Both the position numbers and the translations under genes were made by a program. From an uncultured Gammaproteobacteria bacterium (GTDB lineage: Bacteria; Patescibacteriota; Patescibacteriia; Patescibacteriales; GWC2-42-12), in NCBI GenBank assembly GCA_964467155.1, contig CAYXNZ010000005.1, positions 2,059-66,058 of the forward strand: DNA of 64,000 bases, read 5' to 3'. Below the pieces are notes generated by a model. That model did no database searches. It was not told the DNA's origin and saw only the letters and a list, made by a program, of their open reading frames with translations. Positions 44,701 to 50,706 of the stretch are shown piece after piece (position 1 is the stretch's first letter; every line of letters begins with the position of its first letter).

Positions 44701-46454
44701 ACACAACCGGTGTGACAATCGCTGCCTGGGATACGACAGCTCCAACTGTCATAGATGTGACATCTAATTTAGAAGATGGCTCATACAAAGTAGATCAAGT
44801 TGTTGATATTGATGTGACTTTTTCGGAAAATGTTATTTCTTCTGGCGATGTAACTATTACTTTTGATACAGGCGGAACTTGTACTTTCACAGTAGATGAT
44901 TCTGATACTGGAACATGTAACTACACTGTACTTGTAGGACATACCAGCGCTGATCTAACAGTCTCTTCTATTACTGGTGTGGTGAATGATATTGCAGGTA
45001 ATACGCTTGTAGTACCTGCGACACCGACTACAAATCTTGCGGCTAATAAGGCATTCGTTATTGACACAACCGCGCCAGCACTTTCAGTTGATGCTATAGT
45101 TGGTACTACTGTTTCTGAAGCCAATGATACAATCGTCTTGAATTTTGACGGTCCAGTAGTAACACATGATGGCGGAGCTTGGGCGGTTGAAGAATTTGAT
45201 TCTATTTCAGGATCTGAATCCGGCACTCTTGTTCTTACTACTGCAACCTTTGAATATACTAGTAATACATTGACTATTACTCTAGATGAAACAACAGATC
45301 ATGAATACTTAAAAACTGGAGAAACATTAACAGTCAATCCAGCTACTGATAAGATTAAAGATGCCGCTGACAATTCTCTAGTTACAACTGCAGTGGAAGC
45401 GACAAATCCTGTTGGTGGTGATAGTGTAGCCCCAACAATCTCATCCATGGTTTATACCCAAGGGGAAACTACTGTTACCGTTATTAGACCATCAGTATAC
45501 GGTTTAACAACAAGAGTAACTACAACATTTGATGAAGCCATGGAAGAAGGAGTTAAACCTCAAATTGCAATTGATGCGCAGGGAACAAGCGTTGATGTTA
45601 CAGCAACTAATATGACAAAAACATCGAGTACCGTTTGGTATTATGATTGGACCGTCCCAAATATTGATGCTATTCAAGGTGAAGCGACTATTACGCTTAC
45701 AGGAACAGACCTTGCCGGTATTGCCTTTAATTCCGCCTCTACACAAACAGTAACTATTGATGAAAAAAGTCCGGTAATAGCAAATGGTGGAGTTACTTTA
45801 GATAAAGATTCATATAGAATAACTCAAGATGCTAATGTAGAGGTTACTGTGGTTGAAGATAACACTGCTTCAACGATAACTGTAAATGGAGTTTCAGCAA
45901 TTGAGTCTGAAACGGCAGGAACATGGATCGGAACATTTGCTCATGGACAAGTAGCCGTCAGCACTTATTCATTTGATGTTGTCTTGACAGACGCTTATGG
46001 AAATGTAACTACCCAGATGGTTCAATATAGAGTAGTAGCTGATACTGCAACTGAACCAACAGAAATATCTGTTACTACTGCTTTAGTTAAACGAATTGCT
46101 ACTAAAAATGGTGAGTTTGACGATGGTTGGAGATGGGTTTTAGATGTTACTCTTCCAACTGCTTCAACAACTTTAAGTATGAGTTTTGATGATTTGACTG
46201 GTGCTGGAACGATTGATGCTACTAATATCCGTTTCTATTCAGCTGAATCTGACCATACTTCTGCCGGTCCAATAGTAATTGCGGCATCAGGAGCTGGTAC
46301 AGAATGGTCAGAAAGCATACTTCTCGATACTGATTTATATTCTAATATTGCTGGTAGACAAATTCAGATTACTGTCCAAGCCGCTGTTCCAGAAGGTAGT
46401 ACTAGCGGTGCCTATTCTGCCAGTTATGACATTCAAGCCAGTTTAGTGGAATAA
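38787..46454 (+). CDS. Giant repeat-rich secreted surface protein (S-layer/adhesin-like), 2555 aa
   Basis: AAGGA RBS 8 nt before the ATG at 38787. Signal peptide MIKKTKKMKLLSKLFIIALVISFGALGSAFSPIEQAQA. About 8 N-terminal ~110-aa modules (..NWAVTNLPxGV..T.TR...T.ATIALSGNR.VDYD..I.N.TVT..) alternate with a second module type. These are followed by many ~95-aa bacterial Ig-like modules (TxDTxxPT...FSE.V.GFT..D........). The protein is T/A/V/D-rich and has no Cys. Confidence 0.85.
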   Translation: MIKKTKKMKLLSKLFIIALVISFGALGSAFSPIEQAQAAADITLSDDTINEGSENEELITVTLAGDTFVGSLNTANWAVTNLPAGVVKSTISRTDETTVTIALSGDRAVDYDTSIENVTVTIAAAEFTSSAVQVSASTGVTLVATADDESVTAAWATSPGTSGAEATMDAEVLTVTLAGGTLISEQVTIGNITATGTAVSAAGVTIESVTWTDATHFDVALAWTATDYDEDKTLIINVAAAAYDEGAIAIATDEITLTATVEPIAIALSDNTIAEGSESAGVINVTLTEDTFIATLVQGNWAVTNLPTGVTKGTVTRLSDTTATIALVGDRDEDYDTSITNVIVTVQAGDLTLSDAIVASDGTGVTLVATDDAESIAITNDGITEGAEGGEVITVTLTGGTFADPLVPASWVVTNLPSGVTAGDPERTSATEATITLSGNRDVDYDSNITDLTVTVASDDIDDIDVPVSIATGVTFTASNDAESVAATWNGDPGTNGAEATLDADIITVTLTDGTFVKASVDNITISAGAGITKESVTYTDSTNVDILLAWDGTDFDDHETITVSVPVTAYADSTSGDAITDTINTVATDDGESIAITNDGITEGAEGGEVITVTLTGGTFADPLVPASWVVTNLPSGVTAGDPERTSATEATITLSGNRTVDYDSNITDLTVTVAAGDIDDSGGSVSIATGVTFTATDDGESIGVAWAGTPGTNGVEATMDAEIVTVTLSDGTLIEGSVNATNITATGTAVDDAGVTIESATYVDATSFTVALAWDDTDYDVNKILTINVAAVAYDDAGGAITGDITLTATVEPPSIALTDDTINEAAETGELITVTLTGDTFVESLTQINWTVTNLPTGVSKGTVTRTGATTATIALSGNRTVDYDTSIENVTVTIAADELYSYTLGSILASTGVTLVADASAETIGVAWAGTPGTSGVEVTMDSEIVTVTLTEGTLISDQVNMTNITATGTAVNSAEVTIESVTYTDTTHFNVALAWSGLNYDVEKTLTINVAGATYDEGTDPITDDITLTATVEPTVEVTMGANTFKVEESTLVTFTFSSAPTGFTVDDVTTIDNGLLSGFTVTGDTKIYTATFTPTDDTEAATNVITVGTDWTDGTSAPLAGDSSPNYTIDTKEPTITITSNDEALYTGDAVATITFDIIGGTVDFALEDVVAVGGNLNAFTEVSAGVQYTAIFTASNDSTTGATINVAAGTFTDAAGNNNTVAIQETMTVDTLAPTINTVTSNATETGTLKVGDAIIFTVTPTIQEAGLTVLPATYNGGALSWSTGDSGVTYTATYTVAEDQTDQDPALQLLGVTLTDAVSNTGAGVNGTDVAKLIDANSPDITSVTSNATVEGTLKVTDMIVFTITPVVQEAGLTVAPTTYNGGTLEWSSVDGTTYIATYTVVEDQDDQDPALQLTSVTLTDAAGNDGVSADGADVAKKIDANTPTAAFTAATDNVGSVMGPLNTGDTTDDTELLLTGANETGSTVEVFNGAASLGAATVNGTGWTYSATVVNGTTYQFNIKETDAAGNISDATDDFTVIGDTAAPTAVVVANEVAIYDSDAGTDAFIITATFSEAMDNTKIPTVVFDAALDSTLTSPEGAWSTVAHDNDTYTWTYDIADAGVTVADVDVTVDGGDDIAGNDQTAKTNTDYIDVDTENPTTTISDDEDGVANITGGNITYTFTFGEGVTDFTVAEAVVTGGTKAVDFASGVSGEAVYTLVVTPDSDSTTNITVNVAGGVAIDINGNDNVVAAESTQTVDTLRPTVGITDDNAGTVNDGNPEVLYTFEFSENVTGFTTDDVTVTAGGIAGEFSATDGSNTYTLAVTADDGSTTNISLTISNADLIDANSNTMAADATDTDQAVDRIEPTLSSAARDNNTQITVTLSELANGSSITDASDGGFVVAETDAAETTYAVSDITPGVTNDLVVLTVADLGVSAKEGITVTYSSANNGAVTDVAENDLATDTTGVTIAAWDTTAPTVIDVTSNLEDGSYKVDQVVDIDVTFSENVISSGDVTITFDTGGTCTFTVDDSDTGTCNYTVLVGHTSADLTVSSITGVVNDIAGNTLVVPATPTTNLAANKAFVIDTTAPALSVDAIVGTTVSEANDTIVLNFDGPVVTHDGGAWAVEEFDSISGSESGTLVLTTATFEYTSNTLTITLDETTDHEYLKTGETLTVNPATDKIKDAADNSLVTTAVEATNPVGGDSVAPTISSMVYTQGETTVTVIRPSVYGLTTRVTTTFDEAMEEGVKPQIAIDAQGTSVDVTATNMTKTSSTVWYYDWTVPNIDAIQGEATITLTGTDLAGIAFNSASTQTVTIDEKSPVIANGGVTLDKDSYRITQDANVEVTVVEDNTASTITVNGVSAIESETAGTWIGTFAHGQVAVSTYSFDVVLTDAYGNVTTQMVQYRVVADTATEPTEISVTTALVKRIATKNGEFDDGWRWVLDVTLPTASTTLSMSFDDLTGAGTIDATNIRFYSAESDHTSAGPIVIAASGAGTEWSESILLDTDLYSNIAGRQIQITVQAAVPEGSTSGAYSASYDIQASLVE
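39906..40109 (+). repeat. Exact 204-bp intragenic repeat, copy 1
   Basis: Base-for-base identical to 40563-40766 (checked by eye). The offset of 657 bp equals 219 codons. Confidence 0.9.
40563..40766 (+). repeat. Exact 204-bp intragenic repeat, copy 2
   Basis: Identical to 39906-40109. Near-identity continues for ~40 bp further downstream. Confidence 0.9.
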
Positions 46455-46503
46455 ACCAAAATGATAACTTCTAATTTGTTAATAAATTAATATATATTAT
46501 GAT

Positions 46504-48252
46504 ATGAAAATACATAAAATTATCTTTTTGGTTACTCTAGGGCTATTGTTAACCGCTTCAACTTGTCTTGCTACCTGGACAATCGATAACGGTATTAGTA
46601 CTGGTAGTGGTGAAGCCATTACTGCTTACGAACCCGTTGCTAGTCCAGCTGCAGGAACATATCATGCTACCCAAAGTGTTATTTTAACAGCTACTGACGC
46701 TTCAGCTATTTGTTATACTATCGATGATAGTGATCCAGATTGCGCGACTGCAACTACTTGTAGTACTGGTACGGTTTATGATTCGGCTATTTCCGTGACC
46801 TTAACGGATACTATTAAAGCTATTTCTTGTTATGATGATAATAGTTATGTTTCTAAGTCTACTGTTGCTACTCATACTTATACTTTAACCTGCACAACCA
46901 GCAGTGTAACCAACGGAACAGTTGGAGCTTATTCGGGTTGTGCTGTTACTTGTAATTCTGGTTATACTTTGAGTGGTAGTACCTGTGTTACTTCCGGCGG
47001 AGGTGGCGGAAGTAGTGGTGGCTCTACAGCTACTGTACCAACCACACAACAAACTTCCATTACAACTACTGATGGAACACAAGTAACTACTTCAACTGAT
47101 ACTACTGGCGGAACCGCTACTGCTACTATTAATACTGTTTCATCCCCTACTAATAGCCAAACAGTTACCCTAGATACTTCCACTGTTGCTGATGCAAGCA
47201 GTGTTTCTGTTGAACTATCTGCTTTAGTTATGCAGGAGCTGGTCGCTGATCATGGCGCTGACATAGACTTAACCGTTAATATTACTAGTCAAACTGCTTC
47301 CTCTGACCAAAGAACAAGTACTGCTCTAGGTACTGGTACATTTTTAGTCGGTCTTGATGTTTTTAATGTAGAAATTCTGGCTGGAGACACTTCTATTACC
47401 AATTTTGACAATCCGCTAACTCTTTCTTTTGATGTTTCAGATATACCAAACCCAGAAAATTTAACTATCTCTTGGTTTGATACAACGCAAAACAAATGGG
47501 TGGATTTAGGTGGTACTCTATATGATGGTGTGCTAACAATTACTGTTAATCACTTAACTGACTTTGCAGTTATTAGAACAGGCACTACTACTGAAACTAC
47601 ACCTGCTACTACCCCTGAAACCAGTCCTACCGCTACCGTCACTACACGTGAACAACAAATCGTAAATATCTTAAATGAATCTTCTCTGATTTTTGATAGT
47701 GGTTATGATTTGACCAATTTACTATCTCATAATGGAGTAGCAGAAAATGCAACCGAACAAACTGCTAGCATGGAAAAATATACCAATACTTTAACTGCCG
47801 ACATGACTGACCTGACAACTGAAAATACTTACTCAATCAACAACTTTATTCTTTATGGTACTCAAACCACGAGAGTATTAGGCGCTGGTGAAAGAGCTGG
47901 TGTGGTTAATTCCTATAAATCAGCCTTTGATAAATTACCAACTACCGCTGATGAATGGGCTGATGTCATTAAAATCGGTAATGGTCGCTGGCCAAGCGAG
48001 GCTAGTCAAACTGCCGAAGATCGAGCAAAAATTAGCTTCAATACAATTTACTTGCGTGAAGCAGACATGGCTAATCCAAATGATAATGCCGCTGTCACCG
48101 TTATGGCCTACGGACTACGACCGGATGCGAGAAATTTAGACAGTGAGAAAGTCGCCATTAAAACCTTCAAAGCAATCTTTGGTTACAACCCAGTCGAAGC
48201 AACTTCTTGGGATGCAGTCAGAGCTATCGCCTACTCAGGTGCTGTGAGATAA
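46504..48252 (+). CDS. Secreted protein with N-terminal chitobiase/hexosaminidase-C-like (Fn3-associated) domain and a conserved C-terminal domain
   Basis: 582 aa with a signal peptide. PAAGTYHATQSVILTATDASAICYTIDDSDP is the typical CHB_HEX_C-like pattern. There are T/S/G-rich linkers. The C-terminal part is ...GAGERAGVVNSYKSAFDKLP...GNGRWP...WDAVRAIAYSGAVR. Confidence 0.75.
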   Translation: MKIHKIIFLVTLGLLLTASTCLATWTIDNGISTGSGEAITAYEPVASPAAGTYHATQSVILTATDASAICYTIDDSDPDCATATTCSTGTVYDSAISVTLTDTIKAISCYDDNSYVSKSTVATHTYTLTCTTSSVTNGTVGAYSGCAVTCNSGYTLSGSTCVTSGGGGGSSGGSTATVPTTQQTSITTTDGTQVTTSTDTTGGTATATINTVSSPTNSQTVTLDTSTVADASSVSVELSALVMQELVADHGADIDLTVNITSQTASSDQRTSTALGTGTFLVGLDVFNVEILAGDTSITNFDNPLTLSFDVSDIPNPENLTISWFDTTQNKWVDLGGTLYDGVLTITVNHLTDFAVIRTGTTTETTPATTPETSPTATVTTREQQIVNILNESSLIFDSGYDLTNLLSHNGVAENATEQTASMEKYTNTLTADMTDLTTENTYSINNFILYGTQTTRVLGAGERAGVVNSYKSAFDKLPTTADEWADVIKIGNGRWPSEASQTAEDRAKISFNTIYLREADMANPNDNAAVTVMAYGLRPDARNLDSEKVAIKTFKAIFGYNPVEATSWDAVRAIAYSGAVR

Positions 48253-48410
48253 AGCTTGCTTGTCCGCCGAAGCTTTAGCGTAGGCGGAGGATGCAGTCAG
48301 AGCGATTGCCTATTCAGGAGCTGTAAGATAAAGCTTGCTTGTCCGCCGAAGCTTTAGCGTAGGCGGAGGATGCAGTCAGAGCTATCGCCTACTCCGGAGC
48401 TGTGAGATAA
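48253..48410 (+). repeat. Two tandem 79-bp units, each a 37-nt GC hairpin spacer plus a copy of the last 13 codons and stop of the upstream gene
   Basis: Spacers at 48253-48289 and 48332-48368 are identical (TCCGCC-N14-GGCGGA). Tail copies at 48290-48331 and 48369-48410 still encode DAVRAIAYSGAVR-stop. Confidence 0.9.
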
Positions 48411-48432
48411 TACTTGATTTCAATTACATACC

Positions 48433-48467
48433 AAAAAAGGTTTAGAATCAATTCTAAACCTTTTTTT
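48433..48467. terminator. Bidirectional terminator (copy of the 36664-36701 hairpin)
   Basis: aaaaaa-aggtttagaat-ca-attctaaacct-ttttttt. Confidence 0.7.
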
Positions 48468-48488
48468 ATTGTCTAAATTTTTTGTCAT

Positions 48489-48700
48489 ATCCCCCTCCCT
48501 AACCCTCCCCCACCTCGCCGATTCGGCGGGCGGGAGAGGGAGCACGCGTTTGCATAGTTCCCTCTCCCGTGAGGAACGAGCGGGGGAGGGTTAGGGAGGG
48601 GGAAAATCCCCTCTCTTTTTTGTCATTCCCGCGAAAGCGGGAATCCCTGCCCGCCGGCAGGCAGGCAGGAGTAAACTGTATAAACGTTATTTGTTCCATT
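48489..48700. repeat. GC-rich modular palindromic repeat locus C (112-bp MITE-like unit with perfect 21-bp terminal inverted repeats, plus accessory hairpins)
   Basis: ccccctccctaaccctccccc (48491-48511) is the exact reverse complement of gggggagggttagggaggggg (48582-48602). The inner arms are cgggagaggga / tccctctcccg. Downstream lie the hairpin attcccgc-gaaa-gcgggaat (48625-48644) and the module ggcaggagtaaactgtataaacgtta. Confidence 0.85.
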
Positions 48701-48929
48701 TCATATCATGTAATAAATCTCTCCAAGTTGGATTTTCTTTTTTATACTCCATATTTCTACTGCTCTCTCCTGGATCCCCAGTCAAGCTGAGGATGACAAG
48801 CAGAGATTTATTTGTTCCTTAGTTGTACCTAGAGTATAAATGCCAATGATTATTTAGACATTATTTATTCTTTAGACGGTTTGCATTAAAAGCTCCAGTT
48901 AAAAACTGGAGCTAGCGAGGTAACCTAAA

Positions 48930-49101
48930 TACGTCCCCTCTCCCGTGAGGAACGAGCGGGGGAGGGTTAGGGAGGGGGAAGAAATAAAAATTAAAATAAC
49001 CCCCTCAATCCCCCTTTGCAAGGGGGACAAATACGTCCCCTCTCCCGTGAGGAACGAACGGGGGAGGCCTGCCCGCCGGATTGGAGGGGTTAGGGAGGAG
49101 G
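48930..49101. repeat. GC-rich modular repeat locus D (two right-hand units plus the ccccctttgcaaggggg hairpin)
   Basis: Units lie at 48936-48978 (short) and 49038-49101 (long, with a nested cctgcccgccggattggag insert). The hairpin lies in 48996-49030. The locus ends directly at the ftsX stop codon (49102-49104). Confidence 0.8.
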
Positions 49102-50016
49102 TTACACCTTCGAGTACTTCCCTACTGCTATCAAACTAGCTAAAACATTTATAAATGCTGCCGCTAAAAATTCCAACCCAAATATCATGAAGAAGTTGCT
49201 ATTATAAAAAGAAATGAGATTAAAACCATAATCTGAAAAGAATGATGCCAAATAAGGCTGCAGAAGCCCCAAAAATGGATAGAATAACGCTATAGTTATC
49301 AACACACCAATAAACGTATAAACTAAGCTAGAAACAAGATATGGCGCTCTAATAAACCAATTTGAAGCCCCCACTAGCTTCATAATGCCAATTTCTCTTT
49401 TGTGGGTATAAATTGCTACCCTGATTGAATTGTAAACTACCAAAAGCATAATAATCACAAAAAGCGCACTGATAAACAAACCTGCTTGACTGGCTTTTTC
49501 AGCTATCAAATTAATCTTGGTAATCATTGCTTTGTGGTCATCAAAATTCTTTGATTCAATAATATCATCTTCTACCTTTACTAAAGATTCAATCAACTCA
49601 TCATATTTATTAGTATCTTTTGGTTTGACTATTAAACTGGGTGATAACGGATTTTTTCCTAATTCAATCAACGCCTCAAGTATCTCTGGGTCGTTTTTAT
49701 GTTCAATTCGAAATGTTTCCAAAGCTTCAGCTTTAGAAATATAATTAACTTGTTTAACTTGACTTAATGCATTAATTTTTGATTGTAAATTAACAATTTC
49801 CGTTTCAGCTGAATCTGATTTCAGATATAAACTAACATCAATTTTTTCTTTGACAGCTTGAATTGTTTCACTACTAATTATTTTTACAACAAGCAATAAA
49901 TTAATAGAAAAGAGTGCTAAAACTAAAATAGTAATAGTAGCGATTGATAACCAAATATTTCGCCCCACGTCTTGTACGCTCGCTTTTATTACTCTTAAAA
50001 ATGATAAAATAAACAT
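49102..50016 (-). CDS. ftsX: Cell-division ABC transporter permease-like protein FtsX
   Basis: TM1, a periplasmic domain and 3 TM, immediately downstream of ftsE. The start is set to the ATG at 50016 (MFILSFLRVIKASVQDVGRN..), just after the ftsE stop at 50021. Confidence 0.8.
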   Translation of the reverse strand: MFILSFLRVIKASVQDVGRNIWLSIATITILVLALFSINLLLVVKIISSETIQAVKEKIDVSLYLKSDSAETEIVNLQSKINALSQVKQVNYISKAEALETFRIEHKNDPEILEALIELGKNPLSPSLIVKPKDTNKYDELIESLVKVEDDIIESKNFDDHKAMITKINLIAEKASQAGLFISALFVIIMLLVVYNSIRVAIYTHKREIGIMKLVGASNWFIRAPYLVSSLVYTFIGVLITIALFYPFLGLLQPYLASFFSDYGFNLISFYNSNFFMIFGLEFLAAAFINVLASLIAVGKYSKV

Positions 50017-50020
50017 AAAT

Positions 50021-50701
50021 TTATAAAAAATATTTACCGACTTGCTGATCATTAACCAGCATTCCGTCTTCAACAGTAATCACGCGCCGTCTAAGCTTGT
50101 TAACTATGTCACGATTATGCGTAACTAAAACTACTGTTGTGCCAAATTTATTTATTTTTTGTAACAACTCAATAATTTCATCAGCATTGATTGAATCTAG
50201 ATTCCCTGTCGGTTCATCAGCCAAAAGTATCCTTGGTCGATGCACTAAGGCTCGAGCGATTACAACTCGCTGTTGCTCACCACCAGAAATCTGCTGAGGA
50301 TAACGATGCATCTTGTCTTCCAGTCCGACTATTTTCATAACCTGAGGTACTACACTGTCAATTTTTTTTATTGGTTGACCGCAAACTTGCAAAGCAAAGG
50401 CAACATTTTCAGCCAAAGTTTTTCTATTTAACAATTTGAAATCTTGAAATACTACGCCAATTTGACGTCTCAAAATAGGAATCTCTGGTTGAGCAATATT
50501 TGTAATATCCCAACCACCAACTACAATTTTTCCTCCATCTACTTTTTCTTCTCCGATGAGTAATTTTACTAATGTTGTTTTGCCAGTCCCTGATTGTCCA
50601 ACAATTGACACAAATTCTCCCGGCTTGATATGTAAGTTAACTTCATGCAATGCCCTAGTATCAGGTTCGTATAATTTTGAAACATTATGTAATTTTATCA
50701 T
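50021..50701 (-). CDS. ftsE: Cell-division ATP-binding protein FtsE
   Basis: Walker [10 protein letters not shown], signature [15 protein letters not shown], Walker [10 protein letters not shown]. Adjacent to ftsX. Confidence 0.9.
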   Translation of the reverse strand: MIKLHNVSKLYEPDTRALHEVNLHIKPGEFVSIVGQSGTGKTTLVKLLIGEEKVDGGKIVVGGWDITNIAQPEIPILRRQIGVVFQDFKLLNRKTLAENVAFALQVCGQPIKKIDSVVPQVMKIVGLEDKMHRYPQQISGGEQQRVVIARALVHRPRILLADEPTGNLDSINADEIIELLQKINKFGTTVVLVTHNRDIVNKLRRRVITVEDGMLVNDQQVGKYFL

Positions 50702-50706
50702 TTTTT

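Noticed and set aside
39116-45746. Nine minus-strand ORFs (63-114 aa) antisense to the giant surface-protein gene, and plus/minus shadow ORFs inside other long genes (for example 237-443, 567-749, 640-984, 4356-4547, 18883-19296, 27112-27402, 53919-54284, 56606-57088).
   Set aside because: These are typical shadow ORFs caused by strong codon bias of the sense frame (GTN/ACN/GCN-rich, or K/E-rich). They lack starts with an RBS, are low-complexity, and the sense ORFs carry clear domain motifs.
38787-46454. A diversity-generating retroelement or cassette-based antigenic variation system acting on the giant repeat protein.
   Set aside because: There is no reverse transcriptase or accessory gene in the window. 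The only near-identical repeat pair (204 bp) is exact, not adenine-specific mutated, and no silent cassettes are visible.
48700-48930. A possible small gene or RNA in the AT-rich gap between repeat loci C and D (hairpin agctccagtt-aaaa-actggagct; gtcatcctcagcttgactgggga motif on the minus strand).
   Set aside because: There is no ORF with an RBS, no recognisable RNA family signature, and only isolated hairpins. The evidence is insufficient to call a feature.
37801-49101. A CRISPR-array interpretation of the clustered GC-rich repeats (37.8-38.3 kb and 48.5-49.1 kb).
   Set aside because: The spacing is irregular. The units are long composite palindromes with inverted arms. The 'spacers' are themselves repeated modules. 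No cas genes or leader are present in the window.
38080-49139. ORF-track entries lying on the GC-rich repeats (38080-38268, 48499-48699, 48569-48790, 48945-49139; for example MRNERGRVREGE...).
   Set aside because: They coincide exactly with palindromic repeat units, are open on both strands because of the G/C composition, have no RBS, and their 'conserved' peptide simply follows the repeat DNA. They are treated as non-coding.
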